64,000 nt of DNA from Convolutriloba macropyga (lineage: Eukaryota). The position numbers and the translations under genes are program-made. Positions 40,696 through 53,676 of the stretch are shown piece after piece. The notes under the pieces are model-generated. The model saw only the letters and a program-made list of their open reading frames with translations. It was not told the DNA's origin and ran no database searches. Numbering within the stretch: position 1 is the stretch's first letter; each line of letters starts with the position of its first letter. Location: positions 59,210,001-59,274,000 of the forward strand of contig NC_134473.1 in the NCBI RefSeq assembly GCF_964194025.1. The letters run 5' to 3'.

Positions 40696-41971
40696 TTTTT
40701 ATGTTTGAGCAAGCTTCTCCGAAAAAGCTAACTCTTTTCTATATAAATCTGAAAGAAAAGAAACCGATTGAGTTTTCGGAGGAACTAAAACAGCCTGATA
40801 ATCTTTATGTAACAATGAATTTTTCTGCGCTTTTTTGAATTTAGTTACGAAAAAAGTGGTGCAATGATGAAAACACAAACGAAAGAAATCTAAATATTTC
40901 CATTGAAGGTTTTGATTTTGCTTCATCACTTAATCCGGTCTATGTTTTTGAACTTCAACAGACTTTGAGAACTTCAAAACGGCAATTATCATATTTTTAA
41001 GCCGCTTTACAGATGTTTTACGTGCATGACATCATTTAACACTGAGTGGCAGTGAGTTTTAGCTGGGAATATTTTTTCATCAATTAAATCATTTAACAAC
41101 TCTTAAACCACTCTACTTGAATTTTAACACGAAAGTTAATTTGACCAAAATTTACTCCAAATAAAATTCAATAGAGGACCTCTACTCAATGAAAAATAAC
41201 TAAAAATGCATCTGAACTCAGTTTTAAGGACCATTTCGATTTTTTAGAAAAAAATATTTTCCGAAAGAAAATTTGAACAATTGAACTAGAATTGTTAGAT
41301 CGCGTCATCGACTCCATTAAGAGTTTTGTTTCTGTTTCTGTCTCTGTTTCTTTATTCAACAGCTTGCTATTCGTTTAATTAAGCAATATGCCAGCTATTT
41401 TTATGATTTTTGTAAATTTTTATAGACAATCTTTTTTCCAATTGTTTGACAAATTAATTGTGAGCTGCATCAGTTTTTCATGATCTGATCCGTCAGAGGC
41501 AATATTGAAAACAAAAATATGCATTTTAGGTACAATTATCAGCCTAAAAATTCTAAACAGGTGTACCTTCATGGTGTGATCAGAGGCCATTTTTTCTAGA
41601 AACTTGACTCGGGAAGCATCATTGTTGACACAAAAAAATTTAAAAATTCAAAAAGTTTCAAAAGGTTAAAATACAATTAAGCACCCCAATTACAGAGCAC
41701 GCACGTGCCATTGCATAATAAATCACTATGGAAAATATGGCACGTGCTCTTGTGGGTTGCAAATAATGAGCACCCACTAAGCTGGGGAAGCACAGTATAC
41801 CAGAAGATGCGCCGTCTTGTATCAGTCACCCGAACTTGTCAAATTCTTACAAGATAACCATCTGTTCTGACTAGTGCCTTTTCTAGTTTTTCATAAATTT
41901 TTTTCAAAGAACTTCAATAGCAGGTTTAATACCAAAGCGTTCCTTATCATCCTAAAAACTTACGCCAAAAG

Positions 41972-42217
41972 ACAAAATGATACTGGTGGACAAGTTTGCG
42001 TCAACATGTCTGTGGATTGTGGCATGTGAACGAACCAGTAACGGCGGAAGGATAGAGCCCAATGGTTGCTTCAGACTTATACATTCTACAGAAATCGAGG
42101 TTTTGGGATATCAAAGCCAGCGAAACAGAAGTATTGTCAATTTGAGAGAAGTTTACGGTGGCAGTGGCTTAGTTGAGATGAACAGAATAGCATTGAGGAA
42201 GCAGTTGAGACACAAGG
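41972..42217 (+). CDS. GNAT paralog C, exon 2 (246 nt)
   Basis: (D)KMILVDKFASTCLWIVAC...PNGCFRLIHSTEIEVLGY...LVEMNRIALRKQLRHK(G); acceptor ccaaaag|AC, donor AAGG|gtacag. Confidence 0.85.
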
Positions 42218-45200
42218 GTACAGTTTCCCCCCTTAGCTTAAAGTTCAAACTTTTGGTGACAAATTTGACCAATTTCATAGGTTTCCTCATTACCCACATA
42301 CAACGTGAACAAAATATGATCAAAGAGAATTGGTAATGTGCGTTTGCACATAATGTTCGAAGACTTCTTTTTGATAAAATTGTATATCAATTGAAAGCTC
42401 AGATCTTTTCGTTCGCTAAAAATGGACCAATTAAGGAGGTGGGGACACAAACGGCAAATATCCTGAAAGTTAATATTTATCCTCGAGTTAATCCTGTCTG
42501 AATTAATTGAAAACAACCAAATCTTTCCTTATGTGCCCTTTGACCAGTAACAGTAAACAAGCTTGACGGTTTGCTTACTTCCAGAATGATTCTAGTGGCA
42601 TATCTTTTTTCAAAAATTTATTATAAATTTAAAATAGTTTGCATAACTAGATCACAAAGACCGCTTTCATCGATTTTCCATAAACAAATTATCTTGGAAC
42701 TGAAATTTAAACTCGAACTAGATGTTTTAGTTCGGAATATTTTAACGAGAATCTGCTTTCTTCTTCAATATATTAGACCAAAACAGGTATCATTAGTGAA
42801 AGTTTATAGCATTTCTTGGACAAAAAACGAGTTACAAAAAACAGTTTTAAAAACTCTCAAAGATTTCAACCCTTTTAGACAGTTTGACAATGGCGTCTAC
42901 CGATTGGCTTTAAAAAATACGCTGTAATTTTTACGGGTTGAAATACACTTTCATAAAGTCTACGACAACAGTGATAGACTATTTCCGGTTTATTTTTGAA
43001 AATAAGATTATTTTAGCTGCTTTCTTTTGGTACAATGGAAATTAACTCTTAGGAGACGAGCCTTGCAATAAATCTTTATCTAAGGAAGATGTGATTTTCA
43101 AGAAATCTTCCTCAAGGTAAGTAAAATTCCTCTTGAAAAGCAGGATTTCTCTTGTCTCGCTTGATTCTATAGATATACCATATAAAAATACATCTCAAAT
43201 GTTTTTTTTTCAAACAAATAAACTGCTCAGAGAAGCGGTGATTGTCTTGAGCAGTATACTGGTTTAATTTTTAAGACAGACAGATACATCCACAGAAACA
43301 CTTTATCATTAGAACTCAGTTGCTTGCTAATGAAAACCTACCAAGTGTTTGATTGAATTCAACGTACTGTTGCCTAAATTGGTGCAGGTCAGCTGGCCTT
43401 TATTTTTTTCCATTTATTTTCCTCTGCCATACATCGTTAAAATTAATCCACTGGGCCGAATAAATTGAACGTATGAGCTGAAACTTAAATCGCGTCTCTG
43501 AATAGCCATCTAAACTGTAAATTTTTGGTAAATCTTGAATAGTTTTGGCCTCATTATAAAAGTATGTACAATCAAGTTCAATCAAATCAAAAAGCATTAA
43601 TAAATAAAAGAGAAAGTTTGATTCTAGAAAGAAGAGTTATTGCTCCTGTTTATACAGTTTTTCCATTCAAACCAATTGATTGCTCTTTTTGCTGGGAGAC
43701 AATTTAGGCACCGGGATAGCTTTCGTTGGCTCTGCTTGTTTTAATGCTTATTCTTGGTGTTCTTGGCTAACATCGTAGCTGTTGATTTGTTCGTTGTTTT
43801 TCCATGTGCGGTAAGATATCAAATAACATTTTTATTCGTAAAATAGAAAAACTCGTCAATCAATTTTAAGAATTCAACATGTGAAAGCGAAACGAAGATA
43901 TATAAAGATGGACTGAAAAGAAAAGAAAAATAAAGCTCTCTCGTGGTGGTGGGGTTGAACTACAGCCTCCGGGTTGAACTACAGCCTCCGGTTTGTTCAC
44001 ATAAAAAGACCGCTGCTCATCGAGTGTTTGCTTCAGCAGCAGAGATGTGTAATTGTGTTTCGAAAAATAAGGCTTATTACTAAAAAAACAGCGTAAAAAA
44101 TAGTCTTCTCGCCGGGTGAGGATCGAGCCTCTGCGACCCCGTTGATCATAGGATTAGAGCACTGTGCAACAACTCGCTGTTTTAGTTGTAGAAATTGCAA
44201 TTATGTTTATGAAGGCAAGCGTTAAGACTCGTTCAAATGATTTGAGGGAAGGTAAAAAGAAGTTCAGTTATTACAGTTAATAACTTGAAAAAAGTAAAAT
44301 TGTAACAAGTAGAAAAACAAACTAATCATAAGAAGGAAAATAACAGGCAGTAAAAACTGCTATGCTAAACCAAACCTCAAAACCTTTGAACCGTACCGCG
44401 CATATTACTATATAATGTCGTTACTTGTATAACGATAACTCAACCGTGATAATGATATCATTGAAATGATTTTGAAAAATAAGAAGGTTGTCTTGGTTGA
44501 AAATGAAACTATTCGATTAAGATGATATTTTTTAATTGAGTTTCTTGGTGTTTTGCTAATGATGTTGAGATTTTCCAATTGATAAAAACTGAGCAATCTA
44601 ATGGTGTTTTTTCGTGTGTTTTTTACAGACAAACTCCGATTACACTAGGTGAGCGGCTGGCTTGGCTGCAATATTAGGACAGAACACGTGTTTGTTTGAA
44701 ATTTGGCTCGAATTAAGTAAACAAGCGGCTAGCAATAAATCATTGGCTGATAGCTGTTCTACGAGATACGAACTGGAATGTAGACGAAATAAACAAAATT
44801 AAGAAGACTGCATGATATTGCTCTCACGCCAACCATTTTCCACTGCTTCTTTCCTTTCGTTCCGAAATCATTAACCGTTTGGCCATTGTAATCTGATTGT
44901 TTTTTGATGTCGACAGATTTTTCTCGTCAGTAGTAACTTGGCAATGTCGTCATTGATAAATGAAAAGAAGAAACAAAGGCAAGTAGGCTGTTTTCGCTGT
45001 GACTCCGACCATCGCTTTCTGTGTCAGTTAACGAACTAGCTTGGCAGAGCCTCCGAGCCATTCCGAACTCTTCTGAGTTGCTTGCGCGGCAATTTTTATA
45101 TAGAAAATGTGTGTTCTCATGACGTTATTTGTAATGGGTTTCGTTAGCGAGGTTCATACCACTGGTCTGAGGGAAAAGGAAACTGAAAATTTTTTTTCGA

Positions 45201-45229
45201 GTGTTTGACCAAGTTGGTAGTTTACCTTT

Positions 45230-46900
45230 ATTCACGACCTCCGGGATGGGCTGAAATAGTAGACAGCTGTTTCTTTTTCATCTTTAGCAGGACAGAAGGT
45301 CCTTTTGATAAATGTTTTTCAGACCATGTATTTTTTTCTGGACAAGTTCATGTTTTGATTCGATCTTGTTTACTTTCGCGCGTTTCGGGTAATTAATTGC
45401 TAATTTGATCTGAATAACCCTTACAGCAGGTGCATTGTCCCCTTCATGGAGTTTTTTGACACTGTATGAGCGGGGTTTTCTTAATGTTCTATTTTGGGTT
45501 AGTTGTATTTTGGTGATAATTGAATTAGATTGGAGAATGCGGCAGGTATTTGCATAAAAAAATTGAGATCGAACCCATGATTTATAGAGAGTTAGCAAGC
45601 ATTTGTCATCAATGTTGATTCGTTTGAGTACCCACAGTCAGTAGATTAATTTGTTAGCTCTTGCCACCGACCTTTTAAGTGTTGGTTCTGTTTGAGATAA
45701 AGGTTAGGTGTTGCGCAATAAATTTTATTGAGCTTGCTTCTTCAATTCGTTTACCATTGATAAAAAGATCTAGAGTGGAGTCCTTTTTTGGCAGGTTTTT
45801 AAAATTGTAACTTGCATTGCCAGGATTTTTACTTATTTTCAAGTTTTCGCACCATTTAACTAATTTGTCTTCTGAATATTGAAGTTTCTCTTGTATTTTT
45901 TTTACAGGAGAGCGACCTGTAATAAGGGGCAAAATGAACGGAAAAATGAAAAAGTTGTGCAAGTAAATGAGATTTTCTGTTGACATAAACCGGGAAGAGT
46001 ATTGGTGCAATGGCGCTACCCTGAAGTACTCCCGCAAGTGTTGAAAATGTGCTACTTTTCAGTTATTGATTTTCACAATGATACTAATTTGGGAGAGAAT
46101 ATGGTTCACCCTTTTAATCGCAAGTTAATGAAAAAGAATATTTTACAGTTTGTTTTGATTTCCTAGTCTCCACACTGCATCAGACGCTTTTCAAAACCTA
46201 TGCAGACAAATCCCCCCATTTCGGACCATTGAAACGCTTATTTAATGTGACTAGTTAGTTTGAGCAGGTTATCGGTTGGGCAGCGGTTTCTTCTATACGC
46301 ACTTTGCATTTTGCCGAAGACACCATTGTTTTCACAGTGCGTTAGATCAATATAATTTAGAACAGTTCCACAATTTTTTGCAGTTGAATTAGTTAAGGTG
46401 ATTGGTCGGTAGTTCTCTGACTTTTTTTGTTCGTCTTTTGCAATTTTGAAATATAACCTTTTCCGCGTAATTGGAACATAAGAACTGTTGATAGAGCTAG
46501 TTATCAGCAGACAGATATTTACTTTGAGGCACTTAGGTGACCTGTTCATCATGTTATAGTTGATCTTCTCTGGTCCTGGACTTCAACTACTTGTTTTTTT
46601 CAAAATTTCTTCGAATTGGTCTACTTTTATATAACAATAGATAGTTGGTTTAATTTCTTCGTTTCGGAGAAACGGTTTTGTCTCATTTTTGACCTTCTCG
46701 AAGTCGTATTTATGATTTTTTATTGTTACTTGTTTTAGAGGTTTTGAACACTTCGCATTTTTCATTGTCTGTTGTCGCTCTGAGTTGCTTATAAAAGGAA
46801 AGACTTCTGCACTTTGATCAGTTTCATTTGATTTTGTGTAAACCTTGAATAACATGTAATAAAACATTGAGTGTAATTTAGAAAGATAAATGTTTCCCTA
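45230..46900 (-). mobile_element. Highly degenerate non-LTR retrotransposon RT fragment, antisense in the last intron of paralog C
   Basis: KSENYRPITLTN, QSAYRRNRCPTDNL and TLYKSWVRSQFFYAN are spread over several broken frames; boundaries approximate. Confidence 0.8.
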
Positions 46901-48239
46901 CAAGGTGGCAAAGAGGAGGCGATTGTAGAAAGGAGCCTCCTATCACACCCGTAAATAATCAATTTTTTTGAGCCCCTGAACAATTAAAGTTGTTCATCCT
47001 CTGGAAAAACTCTTTGTTACGAGCGGGTTTGATCAGTTCACTCAGAAATGCGTCTTGGAGAAAAGCCCAGACACAAGTAAAGGTGTATATAAAACAAGAG
47101 TTTATCGTTAAGATAAATTCATTACATTTAATAAAATTAATGGATTTTTTCATCTTTGCTGATTTCGTTATATGCTTTGTGGATAATCCATCAATGCGTC
47201 ACTCTTAGGAAGGTGATGTTGAAAAATATATGCCCGTATTAGTTGATTTTTAGCGCAACCTTATTTGGAATACAAAGATTTGTACAAATGGTAGAGTGAA
47301 TTTGAAAATGAACGGTTGGGAGTATTTGAACTAGTTTAGGGTTGATATGTAAGGTAAAATGGTTTTTGTAATTTCTCAAAACGTTGTCTTAACTTTTTTC
47401 ATCCAAAAACTCTTATTCCATATGTATATCAAATACACGATGGTACCGAAAAGCTACATACACCTGAAGATTATTTAAAAAGCATTACAAACATCAAATA
47501 TTACAACATTTTGAGTTCAAGTTTGTTCTCTAATAACACGTCATTACATTTTAGCTTTTTTTAACGTGTAGCAGACAGTTTGTTTGTATAGTTTTCACCC
47601 AGGTTTCTAATGACATCTGGGTCAGTTTCGTTCTAAATTTTTTGACATTTTATGGTCTAAATTTTCTCAAAAAACGGTCTGTTTTCGCAATTGCTGCTTC
47701 AAAACTGCCTATACATTTTCAGTTGGATTTAAATCTGCACAAAATGCCGGCCATCCGGATTTCCTTCTCTTGAAAAAATAGCCGATAAGATTCGATTTAT
47801 GCACAGGAGCCTTTTTTGAAAAATTAATGAGCTGAAAGTACATTTTTTCTTCGTAATTTTTCAAAATTTGCAATTAGTCAGCAGTGATTAGCTTGCTTGG
47901 ACACCAAAAAAACCTTTGCTGTCCATCTGATTGTAGTGCACTCCAAAACATAAGTGATCGTGCTTCGGAATTTAACCTTTTTGTGTTTTTATTTTCAAGC
48001 AATCTCGTTCCATTTCTACGAAAAACTCAAATAATTCCGACGCTGGAGATAAGCGCCCTTTTTTCATAAGCAAAAACAACATTATGCCAGTAAAAGAAAG
48101 ACTGCTTGAGCATATTGACACGCCAAATTGAACCAAAACACTTCATTTTTTTCAAACTGACTTCCTTTGCGGCATTTCTTAAAAGAACACCAAAATTCTT
48201 GAGAATTCGTCTATTTTTAGGGTTGGAGATTGTATCGCA

Positions 48240-51200
48240 GCAGAAGACAGCGTTATGAGTAACTCCAGAGAGGTTTTGGGATCCTGTAAACATCCTTAGC
48301 CAATTATTCTGTCGGTTTCTTTGACAATTTTCGAGACTTTTTGCTCAATTTTTTGGCCTCGAACCTGTTAGTTTTTAGATAACGTTTCTATGTATGATGC
48401 GCACGGGATCATTATTTCAAGTTGAGTTGTCTTTGTATTTTAAGAACAAGGAAACTCGACATCTCGTAGCGTAGCAGCTAGGCAAACAGCGAAAGAACAA
48501 AGCGGTTTATCCATCTTTTCTGCTCAAGAGCAGGAAATGAAAAAAAATCTTTTGAAACTTCTACACTTCACAACTTTTGTACACGCCTTAGCGGAAATTA
48601 TGTTTATGAGGCACGAATCATGCTTTCAAATAAGCTGGAAGTAGCTTTTTAGTACCATAGTGTAAAATCATATGTTGTTCAGAGTTTGAACAATTATCGA
48701 GCTATTCCCGCAGGACGCTGTATCGCCTTGCAAGACAATCGTCCAAAAAATTGCGACAGCCATTCAATTTTGCACAAAAATTTCGTAGATTTTTTTCAGT
48801 TTCCTGACTTAGTTTTGATTTCGGCTTCTTTTTCACCATCTCAGTCATGCTTAGGACAAGAAAATCCTAATTGAAACGTAGATACAACTTTAGTTTTTTC
48901 GACGAGTGCAAATACCAAATTCGCGACAGTCATTTTTACGCTAAATGAACTTAAAGCGCTGATTTTTTCAAATATTGTTGCTAAATTTAAATCAATGGAG
49001 CTACTCCGTACAGCGTCAGGGCAACAATTACCAGTGCCAAAAAATATTCAATACGTCAAAATGTCATTTTGTTAAAATGCTCAGACAGCCAATTTAGCAT
49101 AAAAATGCTTAAAGCGAGATAACTTATATCGGAATAACGTATGTTCACAACTATTGTATGTAAATTTGATTAAATTGGCCATAATTGAGTGGACCGTATA
49201 AAGACTTTATGTGAAACTATGACAAACAAAGATGAAATCACATTATCAACTTAATTATGATAAAAATAAGCTATTAATACCAACTGCTAATTAGAATTTT
49301 GGATTTACTACAAGATCAACGGGGAAAAAATTAGGTTTTATGGGATAGGGTATTCTTGACATTGAGAAAATTGTCAGCTCCAGAGAGCTTTTTCGATCCT
49401 TTAAAATTTCCTAGCCGACTTTGTTCGTCTTTTTCTCTGATAATTTTTGAGGTTTTCCGCTCAATTTTTTGGCCTCGAAATTGTTAAATTTTAGATAACG
49501 TTTGTATGTATGATGTGCACGGGATCATGATTTCAAGTTGAGTGGTCTTTGTATTTTAAGTACTTGGAAATTCGACATCTCGTAGCGTAGCAGCTAGGCA
49601 AACAGCGAAAGAACAAAGCGGTTTATCCATCTTTTCTGCTAAAGAGCAGGAAATGAAAAAAAAATCTTTTGAAACTTCTACACTTCACAACTTTTGTACA
49701 CGCCTTAGCGGAAATTATGTTTATGAGGCACGAATCATGCTTTCAAATAAGCTGGAAGTAGCTTTTTAGTACCATAGTGTAAAATCATATGTTGTTCAGA
49801 GTTTGAACAATTATCGAGCTATTCCCGCTTGACGCTGTATCGCCTTGCAAGACAATCGTCCAAAAAATTGCGACAGCCATTCAATTTTGCACAAAAATTT
49901 CGTAGATTTTTTTCAGTTTCCTGACTTAGTTTTGATTTCGGCTTCTTTTTCACCATCTCAGTCATGCTTAGGACGAGAAAATCATAATTGAAACGTAGAT
50001 ACAACTTTAGTTTTTTCGACGAGTGCAAATACCAAATTCGCGACAGTCATTTTTACGCTAAATGAACTTAAAGCGCTGATTTTTTCAAATATTGTTGCTA
50101 AATTTAAATCAATGGAGCTACTCCGTACAGCGTCAGGGCAACAATTACCAGTGCCAAAAATATTCAATACGTCAAAATGTCATTTTGTTAAAATGCTCAG
50201 ACAGCCAATTTAGCATAAAAATGCTTAAAGCGAGATAACTTATATCGGAATAACGTATGTTCACAACTATTGTATGTAAATTTGATTAAATTGGCCATAA
50301 TTGAGTGGACCGTATAAAGACTTTATGTGAAACTATGACAAACAAAGATGAAATCACATTATCAACTTAATTATGATAAAAATAAGCTATTAATACCAAC
50401 TGCTAATTAGAATTTTGGATTTACTACAAGATCAACGGGGAAAAAATTAGGTTTTATGGGATAGGGTATTCATGACATTGAGAAAATTGTCAGCTCCAGA
50501 GAGCTTTTCGATCCTTTAAAATTTCCTAGCCGACTTTGTTCGTCTTTTTCTCTGATAATTTTTGAGGTTTTCCGCTCAATTTTTTGGCCTCGAAATTGTT
50601 AAATTTTAGATAACGTTTGTATGTATGATGTGCACGGGATCATGATTTCAAGTTGAGTGGTCTTTGTATTTTAAGTACTTGGAAATTCGACATCTCGTAG
50701 CGTAGCGGCTAGGCAAACAGTGGAAGAACGAAGCGGTTCATCCATCTTTTCTACTTAAGCGGAGGAAATGAAAAAAATATTCTCTTGAAACTTCTAAATT
50801 TCACAACTTTTGTTCACGCCTTAGCGGAAATTATGCTTATGAGGCAGGAATCATGCTTTTAAATATGCTGGAAGTAGCTTTTTAGTATCATAGTGTATAA
50901 TGATACGTTGTTCAGTGTTTGAACAATTATCGAGCTATTCTCGCAGGACGATGTATCGCCTTGCAAGATAATCGACCAAAATATTGCGACAGCCATTCGA
51001 TTTTGCACGAGAATTTCGTAGAATTTTTTTCAGATTTCTAACTAAATTTTGATTTTGGCGTCTTTTTCACCATCTCAGTCATGCTTGGGACGAGATAATC
51101 CTAATTGAATCGTAGGCACAACTTTATAGTTTTTTCGACGAGTGCAAATAACTAAATTTTGATTTTGGCGTCTTTTTCACCATCTCAGTCATGGAAATTC

Positions 51201-53590
51201 GACATCTCGTAGCGTAGCAGCTAGGCGAACAGTGAAAGAACGAAGCAATTTATCCATCTTTTCTGCTTAAGCGGAGGAAATGAAAAAAAAGTGTATAATG
51301 ATACGTTGTTCAGTGTTTGAACAATTATCGAGCTATTCTCGCAGGACGATGTATCGCCTTGCAAGATAATCGACCAAAATATTGCGACAGCCATTCGATT
51401 TTGCACGAGAATTTCGTAGAATTTTTTTCGTATAATTTTTGAGGTTTTCCGCTCAATTTTTTGGCCTCGAAATTGTTAAATTTTAGATAACGTTTGTGTG
51501 TATGATGTGCACGGGATCATGATTTCAAGTTGAGTGGTCTTTGTATTTTAAGTACTTGGAAATTCGACATCTCGTAGCGTAGCGGCTAGGCAAACAGTGA
51601 AAGAACGAAGCGGTTCATCCATCTTTTCTACTTAAGCGGAGGAAATGAAAAAAATATTCTCTTGAAACTTCTAAATTTCACAACTTTTGTTCACGCCTTA
51701 GCGGAAATTATGCTTATGAGGCAGGAATCATGCTTTTAAATATGCTGGAAGTAGCTTTTTAGTATCATAGTGTATAATGATACGTTGTTCAGTGTTTGAA
51801 CAATTATCGAGCTATTCTCGCAGGACGATGTATCGCCTTGCAAGATAATCGACCAAAATATTGCGACAGCCATTCGATTTTGCACGAGAATTTCGTCGAA
51901 TTTTTTTCAGATTTCTAACTAAATTTTGATTTTGGCGTCTTTTTCACCATCTCAGTCATGCTTGGGACGAGATAATCCTAATTGAATCGTAGGCACAACT
52001 TTATAGTTTTTTCAACGAGTGCAAATACCAAATTCGCGAAAGTCATTTTTACGCTAAATGAACCTTAAGCTCCGATTATTTTAAATTTTGTTTCTAACTT
52101 TAATCCAATGGAGTTACTCCGTACAGTGTCAGGACAAATATTAGTAGTGCCAAAAATATCCAATACGTCAAAATATCTTTTTGTTAAAATGATCAGACAG
52201 CCAAATTAGCATAATAATGCTTCAAGCGAGATAACTTATAACGGAATAACGTATGCTCAAAACTATTGTTGTAAAACTGATAATTTGGCCATAATTGAGT
52301 GGACCGTATAAAGACTTGATGTGAAACTATGACAACCAAACATAAAATCACATTATCAACTTAAGCATGATAAAAATAAGATTGTAATACCAACTGCTAA
52401 TTAGATTTTTGGGTTCACTAAAAGATCAACGGTAAAAATTTAGATTTTATGGGATAGAGAATTTTTGACTTTGAGTAAATTGTCAACTCCAGAGAGTTAT
52501 TGGGATCCTTTTAACATTCTTAGCCAACATTTTTCGTCTTTTTCTCTGCCAATTTTCGAGAATTTCCGCTCGATTTTTTGGCCTCGAAACTGTTAATTTT
52601 TAGATAACGTTTGTATGTATGATGTGCACGGGATCATGATTTCAAGTTGAGTTGTCTTTGTTTTTAAGTACATGGAAATTCGACATCTCGTAGCGTAGCA
52701 GCTAGGCGAACAGTGAAAGAACGAAGCAATTTATCCATCTTTTCTGCTTAAGCGGAGGAAATGAAAAAAAAATCTTTTGAAACTTCTAAACTTCACAACT
52801 TTTGTACACGCCTTAGCGGAAATTATGTTTATGAGGCACGAATCATGCTTTCAAATAAGCTGGAAGTAGCTTTTTAGTACCATAGTGTATAATGATATGT
52901 TGTTCGGTGTTTGAACAATTATCGAGCTATTCTCGCAGGACGATGTATCGCCTTGCAAGATAATCGTCCAAAATATTGCGACAGCCATTCGATTTTGCAC
53001 GAGATTTTTTTTTCAGGTTCCTAAATAAATTTTGATTTTGGCGTCTTCTTCACCATCTCAGTCATGCTTGGGACGAGAAGATCCTAATTGAAACGTAGGC
53101 ACAACTTTATAGTTTTTTCGACGAGTGCAAATACCAAATTCGCGAAAGCCATTTTTACGCTAAATGAACTTTAAGCGCCGATTTTTTTCAAATAGTGTTG
53201 CTAACTTTAATCCATTGGAGCTACTCCGTACAGGACAAAAATTACCAGTGCCAAAAAAATATCCAATACGTCAAAATATCTTTTTGTTAAAATGATCAGA
53301 CAGCCAATTTAGCATAACAATGCTTAAAGCGAGATAACTTATATCGGAATAACGTATGTTCACAACTATTGTATGTAAAACTGATTAATTTGGCAATACG
53401 TGAGTGGACCGTAGAGGACTTGATGTGAAACTATGACAACCAAACATGAAATCACATTATCAACTTAAATATGATAAAAATAAGCTTGCAATACCAACTG
53501 TTAATTAGATTTTTGTATTCACTAAAAGATCATTGGGAAAAAATTAGGTTTAATAATTAAGATAGGGTATTTTGGCATTGGGTAAATTGT
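48240..53590. repeat. Tandem array of ~1115-bp units (~4.5 copies, with an internal rearranged partial unit) in the last intron of paralog C
   Basis: cgacatctcgtagcgtagc at ~48457, 49573, 50688, 51200, 51565 and 52681; the first two units are nearly identical. Confidence 0.95.
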
Positions 53591-53676
53591 CATCTAACTT
53601 TTTCGTACGCATTGGAAGGCAAAATATATGGGTGTTTGAGAGAACAAATTTGGGGGAAAGTACTCTGAACAAATAG

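Noticed and set aside
44105-44180. tRNA-like sequence on the minus strand (B-box-like ggctcgatcc)
   Set aside because: No convincing cloverleaf or acceptor stem; at best a decayed SINE head.
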